Positions 37,428-46,726 of a stretch of 64,000 nt of DNA are shown here, in pieces. Below the pieces are notes generated by a model. That model had not been told where the DNA came from, searched no databases, and worked only from the letters and a program-made list of their open reading frames with translations. The number at the start of each line of letters is the position of its first letter. Positions within the stretch are counted from its first letter, which is position 1. This stretch comes from Amphiscolops sp. MND2022 (lineage: Eukaryota), in assembly GCA_964187785.1 (NCBI GenBank), contig OZ076409.1, forward strand, positions 62,994,001 to 63,058,000, given 5' to 3'. The position numbers were made by a program, and so were the translations under genes.

Positions 37428-38246
37428 TTATTCTTTGTAACCAATTCTAGTCCTTTCACGAAGTATGGACTGTCGTGCTGGTTGATTGGGTTGTGCTCGC
37501 TGATAACGTGGATTTCTCTCTATTTGGCGGGCAACAGCCTTTCGTAACTCTTGCAAGGGAGTCGTTGACTTGGTAGACGATGCCGGGGTGTTAGTTGGGG
37601 GTGCTGGAGTTGGTTGACGTTGAGTTAACGTCAGGATAGGGGTTGCTGCGTTTTGAAGAGGTGATGTCGAAGGCTGATCGGGAGTCTTGGGAGTTGACAA
37701 CAACTGATTTTCTGGAGAGATGATACCAGAGTCTGTGCTCTGGGGGGTTTGCGTTCTTTTGCGGGCAAGTATTTGGTTTTGTTGATTCCGTACTGGCAAT
37801 ATGCAGAGGTCTCCGAGTTTTTGTGGTTCTGAAACATTAAGTTGTTCAATTCTTCCTTTGACAAGATTGTTATAAAAATCCGTGTCTCCACGGTGGGGAG
37901 TAGTGTATTCTTCGATAAGAGGGGGGAGTGTTTCTTCTTTAGGAAAGTATTCTATTAGATGGTTCCTATGTACAGTTCGGAGATTCTCGGGGTTTTGATC
38001 TTCCATTATTTGGTAAGTTGTATTTGTAATTCGTTTGGTAACCGTAAAGGGTCCTAGTCGCAGTTGTTGGAGTTTTTGGCTTTTGGAGAGGTCTTTTCGA
38101 TGGTTCTCTAGCAGAACCTTTTGTCCAATGTTGAGGTGGTTCCCAAGTTTAAATCTGTTCCTGTAGGCGTGTGATTGAGCTGTTTGTTTTCTGCACTTTT
38201 CATATGTGGATGAGTAGACCTTTTTGAAGGCTGTTTCTCGTTCCAA
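37428..38246 (-). CDS. Integrase C-terminal region (GPY/F motif) plus Pro/Thr-rich tail, split from pol by a 1-nt frameshift near 38250
   Basis: IGQKVLL...LGPFTVTKRITNTTYQI...TVHRNHL is the typical gypsy integrase C-terminus; it overlaps the end of the pol ORF in the -1 frame. Confidence 0.88.
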   Translation of the reverse strand: MERETAFKKVYSSTYEKCRKQTAQSHAYRNRFKLGNHLNIGQKVLLENHRKDLSKSQKLQQLRLGPFTVTKRITNTTYQIMEDQNPENLRTVHRNHLIEYFPKEETLPPLIEEYTTPHRGDTDFYNNLVKGRIEQLNVSEPQKLGDLCILPVRNQQNQILARKRTQTPQSTDSGIISPENQLLSTPKTPDQPSTSPLQNAATPILTLTQRQPTPAPPTNTPASSTKSTTPLQELRKAVARQIERNPRYQRAQPNQPARQSILRERTRIGYKE

Positions 38247-41200
38247 TAAGTTTGTGATAGTTGTGGTCGTAATAGTCCATTTAGTAGTTCGTTTTTGACT
38301 TGGTTTTCGCTATGGCAATGAGGAGGTAATCCTTGACAGAATTGTGATTTGCAGTTCTTGTTTTTGTTCCTGTAGAGTCCCAGCTTCAGACTCATAGGTA
38401 TCTGTGGTTTATTGCAAAACACTATCTCGTAGGGGGTCTTTCCAGTCGTGTAGTTGACGCTTGTGTTGTGGGCGAATGCAAATTTGGCAGCTAGTTGGGC
38501 CCAGTTGTTTCCTGATTCGTTTAGGAAGTTTCTCCAGTATCTTGCAATGTGTTGATTTTGAGTTTCTACTTTGCCATTTGTCCAGGGTGAGTGTGCGGTT
38601 CTTGGTCGAAGTGTAATGCCAAACTCTTTAGTCCAATTGACGAATTCAGTGTTCACGAAAGCTGTTCCTCTATCATGTACGATAGATTGAGGGATGCCAT
38701 AGTGCATAATCCATTTTTCCATCGCATTGATTGTAGATTGTGCTCCTGTGTCTCTGACTGGGTATGCCATCAGGTAACGTGAGAAGGCGTCGATGATCAG
38801 AAGGCAATGTGAATTTCCACGACTGGGAGGATTGAGTGGTCCTTTGTGATCAATGTGGATGGTTCTGAATACTTGAGTTTCGGTTTCGCAGTCTTCCAGT
38901 GGGACTTCGTTGTTTCTCCGTTGTTTGGATTTGTTAGATTGGCAGCTAACACAATCTTGTGTGAGGGCACAGATCCAGTTGTGCATCCCTGGCCAGTAGT
39001 AAAATCTCTTAGCATTGAGGAAGGTCTTTTCTGCTCCCATGTGGCCGCCGAGGTCGTTGTAATGTCCCATACGAAAGCAAGCTAAAAATAGAGAGAGAGG
39101 TAGACAGATTCTCAGATTCTCGTCTGTTGGGTCATCAGTTGGCTCGTTATAACAAAGGAGGTTTCCTTGGCCTTCTATAGATAATCTGTCGAATTCCTGA
39201 AAGTAACGCATGAGGCCTTTTGAGTGTTGTAACTCTGGTGATTTTGGTTCGGGTTTGTTTCCTGTTCTTACCCATTGTCGGACCACGCTGAGTACCGGGT
39301 CATTTATTTGTTCTTGTAAGATCGTTGTAACGTTTAGTTCTACTTCTTTGGATAGTTTATCAAGTTGTCTGACAAGTTCCTGTGTTGGTGTCTTTTGTTT
39401 TTCAGTTGAATTTGTAGGTAGATCGAGGTGTTCTATTGCCTTCGCGTTTTTGGGAAGACTTGGGTTACGTGCGATGGGATCTTCTGTGTTGAGCTCGTAG
39501 TTGGTCTCGTTTATTTCTTGACTCTGATTGTCTGTGAGGGCTTCGTCATCCGTATCACTGTTGATGGAGCTGTAAGTGTTTTGTGATAAATCCGAAGTGC
39601 TATCCCGTGTTCCTGACCTGATTCTTAGTTCTTCGAATTTTCCAAGTTCTCTTCCAGCGTCGAGGCAACTCTGTGCTGACTCTACTTTCGGCAGGTTAGG
39701 TTCCTCGTAGATAGAGTTAACTGTGAAGTTATTCCCATCATTTTGGAGATGAAGTACTTTCCGTTTTTTTCCCTTCTCGTACAAGATGGGGTAAAAGTCG
39801 TTCTTGGATGTCTCTTCATTTTCTTCGTGTTTGATTTTGTAGTGTACTTGGGTTCCATGTTCGTCGAAAAAGTGTATGTCAGTTGGGATGACTTTGTGAC
39901 TGAGTTGATGTTTCTTGTGTTCCTCGATGGAGACGTTTCGACTGAGTATATCAGGGAAGGCTAGGTTGCTTCCTGGAGTCCAAATTATCTTGAGATTCGG
40001 GAATTTAGATATAATTACTTGGTACCTGAAAAAACGGGGTGAAATTTGTCCCTTTCTTCCCCAGAGATAAAGAATCGGCTTGTGATCGCAGTATAGGTAG
40101 ATGGGGAAGGGAGATCCGATGATGTAGTGTTCATACGTCTGAAGAGCTGAGACTATGCCACATAATTCTCTGTGTAGTGTGGACATCTTTTGTTCTTCCT
40201 TTGCGAAAACTCTTGAGTTGAAGGAAATGATCCGTTTCCCTTCTGGGAATTGTTGGATGAGGATACATCCTGTCCCAACGTTTGACGAGTCGACGTGTAT
40301 GTGAAAGGGGTATTTTGTCGAGGGTATTGCGAGCACTGTGTCTTCGGTAATTTTTTTCTTTATTTCCTGGAAAAGGTCTTCGTGTTCTTGGTTCCAGCAA
40401 AAATTTGTATCTTTCTTGGTGAGTTCGTAAAAAGGTCGACTATCGACATGAAGATTCTTGATGTAGCAGCTATAGAAGCCCAAAGCTCCTAAGAAGCTTT
40501 TCACTTCGGTTTTGGTCTTTGGTGATTTGAGATTGTGTAGGTCTTTTACTCGTTTTGCGACGGGTTGTATTCCTTCGGCTGCTATCACGTGTCCCAAAAA
40601 CTTGACTTTCCTTAAGAAGAAGAGTGTCTTATCTGGTGCTGCCTTGAGTCCGGCTTTCCGCAGTAAGTTATGGTATTCTTGAATTACCGTGAACATTTCT
40701 TGTTTGTTTTTGGCTTGCATCAACGTGTCGTCGATGTATGTAATTGCCTGTTTCCTTTTGATGAGGGGTTCGAAGTGGATAGTCATCATTCTGCTAAAGA
40801 AGCTTGGTAATCCCTTGAGTCCATAGAATCCCCTGGTGAAGGTGTATTGTTTTCCGCCAATGATGAAGCTGGTGAGTTTTTGCGTGGGCTCGTCTAATGG
40901 GACTTGGTGAAATGCACAGGAGAGATCACTTACTGAGAAGATGTTTCCATTTATTAGTGTCATTATGGTTTGGATCGGTTCTAAGGGCCAGGAATAATTT
41001 GTTAGATCTGTCACCGAGTTTAGATATCTCGCATCTATGATCAGCTTGACATAGTCATGTTTTGGTTGTAGTATAATAGGATTCACAAATAAGGATCCCA
41101 TTTCTTCATCGTCGCCCATTTCTCTGATGATATCAGCGTCTTTGAGTTGTGTGAGTAGCTTCTCTAGCTTTTCTCGTAGGTGAAGTGGTACTTTGCTGGG

Positions 41201-42937
41201 TCTCTGTCTCTTTAGAATTGCTCCAGGTTCTAGTTTAATGTTAAATTTTTGTCTGGTTTTCCCTACGTCAAATTTGTGTTGGGAGTATACATCTCTTGCG
41301 TCCATTAGTAAGTCTATTAGGAGAACCAGTTCTTCGTCTGTGAGGTCTGAGTAGCGAAAGTCGAATTCTTTAATGTATCGCACTGCTTCTTTATTTTGAT
41401 ACTGAAGGTAGTACTCGATCAGTCGTTCGTTGTCTTCTTTTGGCCTGAAGATTTTAAATTGCTCATCGCAGGGTGGTTGACAGGACTTTGCGTCGCTTGT
41501 GAAGTCTGTCTCCAGCTCTCTATGTTTGAGATGAAATTGCTCGGAAAATTGTTGTATCTCATCTTCTAGTACGTATTCGGGGTCTCCTCTTGTAGTCATG
41601 GCATAGACATCTAGTTCGTTTCTTGTATAAATTCGGAGTTGTATTTCTGAGTATGCAAATACGTCTTGAATGAGTTGAGTGACGTCTTGCCATTGGAAGT
41701 CTTCTAGCTCTGAGGCTTCCCGTAGCATGGATATAGTTTTGATGCCGCTCATTTTGGCGTGTGCTTTTAGAGTTTCGAGAGATTGAACTAGTAATTGTGG
41801 GTCAATCTTGTCTTTTGATTTTGCTTTCGTAATCAGAACATATATAAATCGTTTCAGAGTTTCGTCCCAGTAGGGTATGGTTTCTCCTTTCTGTGGTTTC
41901 TGTTTTGCGCATGTATCCTTAAGTGAAGGTATTTTCGTTAGGATTTCTTTTGAGAAGCCTTTGGCTGGCTTTAGGTCGGCCGGGACGAAGATGATGATAG
42001 GGTCTGGTCTGCTGAGTATTGTTTTCGAGTTTCCTCCTTCTATTCTGAGGCAATCGTTCATATCTTGTGAAGGAATGGTAGAGTGTAATAGGAAACAGTC
42101 GTTGTATTCTTCGTTTTCGTTTAGGATAGCATATGCGAGTTCTGTCGGGTTTCTAATTTGGTATTTCGGAATTTCTTGGTCTAATACGTCAAGCATTGAG
42201 TATCCGATAGTTCCTTTTACTAAGGTGATTGTATGGTTTTTGTTGTTTTCCATGACGATTGGTAAAGTCTTCTCAAATCGTGTACAGAGGACATTTATGA
42301 AGTTAAGTCCAGTAGAAACTGCCTTCCTGTTCGGTAGGAACGTAGATCCAGGAGGAAATGAGTTATTAGTGTTTTCCGGTGCGAATTTGTAACATCTTGT
42401 CGTCTTTGGTTCGATATACATTGAGTGAGGAATTCGGACTGAGAGAATTTGTGATAGATAGGGGTAACATTTGTTGAGTTGTAGGCTACCATAGCAAAAA
42501 GTATTTATAGGTCTTTTGAGTTCTATGCCAGGAAGATCAAAGTGTATTTTGTTAACTTGTTCTTGGCAGAAATTCATTCCAAGGAGGTTTTGGGTTTTCA
42601 TCTCTGTTATCCAGACTGTTAATGGGAAGTTATGTTGTCCATCGGAATCGTAGTAGAGTTTGAGGGTGATGTATCCCATCATAGGGATGATCTGCCCAGA
42701 GTAATTCCGTGTTGTGTTATTGCTTCTACTAAGTTCTAGGTCTTGTTGAAACTGGCAAAGTTCTCTAAAGGTCCTGTAGTTGATGATTGAAGATGTTGCC
42801 CCAGTGTCTAGTAGAAATTCGATTTCTAAGCCACTATCTTTTTGTGAGTCTCCGGCAGCAAAATAATAAAGATTAAGACTAAATTTTAGAGGGGCACTGC
42901 TGCTATTTCTATTTTTCGGAGACCTTAGTAGTTTAAA
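38108..42937 (-). CDS. pol: Pol polyprotein: aspartic protease, macrodomain, RT, RNase H, integrase (entered by frameshift)
   Basis: FLLDTGA (upstream of the listed ATG) and LLGMNF protease; DLSCAFHQV, FYGLKG and YIDD RT; IHVDSS, HRELCGI and YCDHKPI RNase H; H-H-C-C (GHY..GGH..CVSC) and IHIDH / IVHDRG / NGKVE integrase. Confidence 0.96.
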   Translation of the reverse strand, partial: FKLLRSPKNRNSSSAPLKFSLNLYYFAAGDSQKDSGLEIEFLLDTGATSSIINYRTFRELCQFQQDLELSRSNNTTRNYSGQIIPMMGYITLKLYYDSDGQHNFPLTVWITEMKTQNLLGMNFCQEQVNKIHFDLPGIELKRPINTFCYGSLQLNKCYPYLSQILSVRIPHSMYIEPKTTRCYKFAPENTNNSFPPGSTFLPNRKAVSTGLNFINVLCTRFEKTLPIVMENNKNHTITLVKGTIGYSMLDVLDQEIPKYQIRNPTELAYAILNENEEYNDCFLLHSTIPSQDMNDCLRIEGGNSKTILSRPDPIIIFVPADLKPAKGFSKEILTKIPSLKDTCAKQKPQKGETIPYWDETLKRFIYVLITKAKSKDKIDPQLLVQSLETLKAHAKMSGIKTISMLREASELEDFQWQDVTQLIQDVFAYSEIQLRIYTRNELDVYAMTTRGDPEYVLEDEIQQFSEQFHLKHRELETDFTSDAKSCQPPCDEQFKIFRPKEDNERLIEYYLQYQNKEAVRYIKEFDFRYSDLTDEELVLLIDLLMDARDVYSQHKFDVGKTRQKFNIKLEPGAILKRQRPSKVPLHLREKLEKLLTQLKDADIIREMGDDEEMGSLFVNPIILQPKHDYVKLIIDARYLNSVTDLTNYSWPLEPIQTIMTLINGNIFSVSDLSCAFHQVPLDEPTQKLTSFIIGGKQYTFTRGFYGLKGLPSFFSRMMTIHFEPLIKRKQAITYIDDTLMQAKNKQEMFTVIQEYHNLLRKAGLKAAPDKTLFFLRKVKFLGHVIAAEGIQPVAKRVKDLHNLKSPKTKTEVKSFLGALGFYSCYIKNLHVDSRPFYELTKKDTNFCWNQEHEDLFQEIKKKITEDTVLAIPSTKYPFHIHVDSSNVGTGCILIQQFPEGKRIISFNSRVFAKEEQKMSTLHRELCGIVSALQTYEHYIIGSPFPIYLYCDHKPILYLWGRKGQISPRFFRYQVIISKFPNLKIIWTPGSNLAFPDILSRNVSIEEHKKHQLSHKVIPTDIHFFDEHGTQVHYKIKHEENEETSKNDFYPILYEKGKKRKVLHLQNDGNNFTVNSIYEEPNLPKVESAQSCLDAGRELGKFEELRIRSGTRDSTSDLSQNTYSSINSDTDDEALTDNQSQEINETNYELNTEDPIARNPSLPKNAKAIEHLDLPTNSTEKQKTPTQELVRQLDKLSKEVELNVTTILQEQINDPVLSVVRQWVRTGNKPEPKSPELQHSKGLMRYFQEFDRLSIEGQGNLLCYNEPTDDPTDENLRICLPLSLFLACFRMGHYNDLGGHMGAEKTFLNAKRFYYWPGMHNWICALTQDCVSCQSNKSKQRRNNEVPLEDCETETQVFRTIHIDHKGPLNPPSRGNSHCLLIIDAFSRYLMAYPVRDTGAQSTINAMEKWIMHYGIPQSIVHDRGTAFVNTEFVNWTKEFGITLRPRTAHSPWTNGKVETQNQHIARYWRNFLNESGNNWAQLAAKFAFAHNTSVNYTTGKTPYEIVFCNKPQIPMSLKLGLYRNKNKNCKSQFCQGLPPHCHSENQVKNELLNGLLRPQLSQTYWNEKQPSKRSTHPHMKSAENKQLNHTPTGTDLNLGTTSTLDKRFC
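42847..42937 (-). promoter_or_regulatory. Programmed -1 ribosomal frameshift signal (U UUA AAC + downstream stem)
   Basis: TTTAAAC at 42937-42931 is in the gag frame, one codon before the gag stop. The -1 frame is open through FLLDTGA into pol. Stems GGTCTCCG/CGGAGACT and GCAGCA/TGCTGC begin 6 nt downstream. Confidence 0.88.
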
Positions 42938-44379
42938 GGGCGGAAATCGGCAATAGAGTTCACCGAGTAGTCGGTTTCTAAGAACTGTACTGTGTTGGAT
43001 CTTCCTATGTCATTAGTTTTTGGGAATCTTTGCTCGTAAGATTGAGTTGGAGTGTTGGGTCTTTCGTTTCTGTCTAGTGGTCTTTGAAAAACTGAGTTAT
43101 TTCTTGGTGGAAGAGGTTGTATGTTGCGATTAAAGGAGCTAGACTGGTCTCTGTTGAAGTTGAACGGAGATCTTGCTCTTTGGGGTCCAGGGGAAACACT
43201 TCTGGAGTTGTTAGAATTGTTTAGGAAGGGTCTTCTCCCTTCTTGTGAAAATCTTTGGTTACCAGGATTGACTCTTGTATTCGTAGGTCGGCGTTCTGGG
43301 TTGAAATTTTTTCTTTGTGGTCTATCGTATTGATTCCAGGCAGGGTTTGACTGCATAGCTCCAGCCAGTGCTAGTTGATGTGCCACAGCCATATGTTTTC
43401 TGATTTCTGAATCTGGTAATCTTGGTTGAAATCTAGAGCCATGTTCAGGTCCAGTTCTCTTGTTGTAGTCGTTGGTGAATGTTATTCTTCTTTCTGGGTT
43501 AGCTTCGTTTTGAACCTTCTTCACTTCTTCATCTCTCATCTTCTTTCTGCACCAGTTAGGTGTGTGTCCATTTGTTCGGCAGTAGCCACAGAATCGTGTG
43601 GCCATTCTTCGACCTGTAGCATTAGGGTCTACAGTTTTCTCTACTGCGTTGATTGTGTTATTCATCTGTTCTTTGATTTGTAGTTTGATTCCCTTCAGGT
43701 CGTCTCGCATTTCTTGTATGAGTGGGTCTGAATGTGATTCTCCGCCAGTTAGGGCGGTAGTTACCGTGTAGGAGAGATCTTTGTTTATTATAGCTTGGGA
43801 GAATTGTTCCCAGGTTGCATTCGGGTGATCCATTAAATATTCGTGTGCCTTTTCTCTCAGTTTTGGAGGTCTTAGGCCTCTCAGTGAGTAGTCGATGCAC
43901 CTTTGTCTTCTTTGTCGGTCTTGTGCTGCTCTTTCTGCGTTTCTGTCGTTTTGTGCGACGCCGGCAAGATCATCTGGCCAGCCTTTCCCCACAACAATTT
44001 TGATTCTGTGTAGAAAATTCTTTATCTCTTCTCCATCTCTTCTGGTGACATGTTCTGCTTCCATTCTGTGTCTGAATTTATTTCGGCCATCTGCGAATCT
44101 TGTGATGAACCTTTCTCTGATTTCTTGCCAGGTGTTAGCGTCTGTGATACTTGTCTCGAACCACTCCGCTGCTGGTCCTCTTAGTAGTGTAGCAAAGTAG
44201 GATTTTCTCCTGAAGTTGTAGTCGTCAAGTGCTGCTCCGTTTGCTGGGGTATCACCATGAGAGAAACGGAACTTCTTTTCAATTAGCTGTATAAATTGTT
44301 CAGGATCTTGATCTGGGTCTGTTCCCGTGAATTGGTCTCTGCCGAGGTCTGGATAAGCCAAGTAATTTTGCGCAGCCAT
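42925..44379 (-). CDS. gag: Gag (484 aa) with capsid-like region and CCHC zinc knuckle
   Basis: LLRGPAAEWF...TWQEIRERFITRF capsid-like motif; CGYCRTNGHTPNWC = C-X2-C-X4-H-X4-C; first long ORF after the PBS. Confidence 0.93.
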   Translation of the reverse strand: MAAQNYLAYPDLGRDQFTGTDPDQDPEQFIQLIEKKFRFSHGDTPANGAALDDYNFRRKSYFATLLRGPAAEWFETSITDANTWQEIRERFITRFADGRNKFRHRMEAEHVTRRDGEEIKNFLHRIKIVVGKGWPDDLAGVAQNDRNAERAAQDRQRRQRCIDYSLRGLRPPKLREKAHEYLMDHPNATWEQFSQAIINKDLSYTVTTALTGGESHSDPLIQEMRDDLKGIKLQIKEQMNNTINAVEKTVDPNATGRRMATRFCGYCRTNGHTPNWCRKKMRDEEVKKVQNEANPERRITFTNDYNKRTGPEHGSRFQPRLPDSEIRKHMAVAHQLALAGAMQSNPAWNQYDRPQRKNFNPERRPTNTRVNPGNQRFSQEGRRPFLNNSNNSRSVSPGPQRARSPFNFNRDQSSSFNRNIQPLPPRNNSVFQRPLDRNERPNTPTQSYEQRFPKTNDIGRSNTVQFLETDYSVNSIADFRPLNY

Positions 44380-45395
44380 TGCGAGCTATTGAGATTATAA
44401 AGGATAGAAGATGAAGCAAAGAACAATAAGCCAAAGACTCTATGAGGTATGATACTCTTGGCTTTTGAGAATAACAGCAAAGAGTTAAAGTAAAAATTGT
44501 TTGTACTATGATTCTAATAGTGATAATTATTAGACAGGTCTGACAAATCATAAAATCCTTAATACGCTGCTAGCAAAAATGAAAATAGCACTTCTCGGTC
44601 GAAGTTAGGTTCATTTCCTATATTTCGTACTCTGATTCCACAGTTTAGGGGATACTTACAAATCCCAGTAGTGTTGAGATTATCGTAAAAAGGGTAGTTC
44701 GGGGTATACCAATCCTCCGAGTTAACCCAAAGAAAACCTATGAAGAGTACAGTCAGTCCACTAGGTCTTTCATCCGCTCGTTGAGCCTTTCTTTAACTTT
44801 AGGAAAATAACTACGGCTAGTTCACAGAGGGAGTTACTCTCGTCTTTAGGATTAAGTGCGTGGGGCCCAGATCACTATCATGCAATCACTTGGGTACTAT
44901 CACTAGAATACTAGGTTTCCCACTCGGAATGCTACATAGGTTCCAAGATACCCACTGGGCTCACGGCCTTCAAACAGCCTCCGAGGAGACCTAGGCGGGC
45001 TTTTACTTAATTTGTGTCCGTCCGGACTAGAGTGAATTTCCCAACTGTGCCTTTAAATAAAGCGTATAGAGTCAGTTTCATTCTTGTTTAGGACTGATGG
45101 TAATCTCATAGTATTTTCGTAAAGGTAAATCATTTCTAACAAATGGTTTTGGGGATTGAAAGAAAGAGAGTGGTGCATAAACTCTTCCCAAAGCTGTTAG
45201 GCTGGAGAGATTCTGTTAGAGTATTTACTAGCAGTTTTACGATTTATATAGATTAGAGAAGCCACATATTGAGGCAGTAGGAGAAAGAAGAAAATTAGAA
45301 GTAATGTTAAGAGAAATAAGTAAGTAACCCTTACTTCTGAGAGTAGGGATTCTAACAGATAGCTCATTTACTTCTCTATTACAAGAGAAAAAGTT

Positions 45396-45413
45396 GCCTC
45401 ACTGGTCGCACCA
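45396..45413 (-). promoter_or_regulatory. Primer-binding site of element 1 (TGGTGCGACCAGTGAGGC)
   Basis: Starts with TGG 3 nt after the 5' LTR. Its complement GCCTCAC-TGGTCGC-A-CCA has tRNA 3'-end architecture (T-stem CTCAC as in tRNA-Met(e) or Ile-UAU). The tRNA identity is unresolved. Confidence 0.85.
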
Positions 45414-46055
45414 GTTTGTCGCACGCATGGGTGAAATTAGTTTATTAGTTTTAATCTGTCAAGTCCTTGTTTGCATTTTACAAGGTACTATCTCGCGACG
45501 GTTCTGTTATTGATTTATCAAGTATAAGTCCCAACAAATAAATTAGCAACTTACTGATAAAGGGGTGCCTTGCGTGTACGTGCGAACAAAAGAAATTGCG
45601 TGAGTCGCGCAAGGCGGTGTTTGTAAATGAGCTTCCCGTTTACTGAAAATGTATGGTGAATAAATATGTTTAATTACGAATGAGTTGAGAATATTGAAAG
45701 TGAACAATTTCTGGACATAGCAATATTTCCTTCAATTGTTACAAATCTCAGATTAATAAAGATTACAACTTCACTTTACAAGAAGTAATATAACTTTTAC
45801 AATTTATCATTTAAGAAAATGAAACTATTTACAAATAATAAGAATTTCCCTTTTTCTTCGGAAATCTTTTTCTCAAACAAAGATTACAAATCCGTACTAT
45901 TTTAAACGGAAGAGTTTTGATTTAGATGTCTCTATTCAGTAGAAAGTTGAATAGCATTAAGACTTTTCATAATATGACACTTTAAAACTTCAATCATCCC
46001 TTTTCTTATGTGAGTTTATGTAATTTCAACCTCATAGAAATTTAGTTCTAATAAG

Positions 46056-46268
46056 AATAGTCTAAGCTAAAGTTTGGTCAACCGCAGAATTGAAATCAGC
46101 GGAAAATAATCTAAGGTAAGATTTTGTCAACCGCAGAATTGAAATCAGCGGAAAATAGTCTAAATTAAGATTTTGTCAACCGCAGAATTGAAATCAGCGG
46201 AAAATAGTCTAAGTTAAGGTTTTGGAAACCGCCGAGTTTAAATCAGCGGAAAATAGTCTAAGTTAAAG
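46056..46268. repeat. 49-bp tandem repeat (about 4.3 copies) inside the 5' LTR
   Basis: Unit ...aaccgcagaattgaaatcagcggaaaatagtctaa... with period 49. Confidence 0.9.
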
Positions 46269-46690
46269 TCTCAGAGAGAATGAAATCTCTACTGAAAGGT
46301 CTAAATAGTCAGACTCACCAAACCGGAGACGAAATTGAAGAGAAATTTCTAAGTTAGAAATTTCTTGTAAGGGAAGATTGGTTCTGGAAGTTGAAGTTAA
46401 ATCAAGGATGAGTGGAGAAATATTCTAAGATGCAAGGGTATGATTAAAAGAGAATTATTGGATCTGAGTTATTAAGCAAGAAGTTTTGTTGAGTTAAATA
46501 GCAATCGGAATTGAAAGTGAAGGCGAGAAATAGACTTTCTAAGTCTGAAGGGGAAGATAATAGTAAAGGGAGAGGAAAGGGGGTAAAGTAAGAAAGAAGA
46601 GCAGGGGTGAGGGGAGAGAAGTGGAAGAGAAGTGAAGAGAAACGAGAGCTATTAAGTTTAAGCTCTGTCCGTTTCGATAAGTGTATGTGT

Positions 46691-46726
46691 GAATGAATCT
46701 CCTCGCCTGCGTTGGCCGTATATATA
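46691..46726 (-). promoter_or_regulatory. Predicted LTR core promoter: TATA box + initiator
   Basis: TATATATA (46726-46719) lies about 30 nt upstream of an Inr-consensus TCATTC (A at 46694) on the minus strand. Confidence 0.6.

Noticed and set aside
41877..44200. Plus-strand ORFs overlapping gag and pol
   Set aside because: Antisense shadows of real coding sequence.
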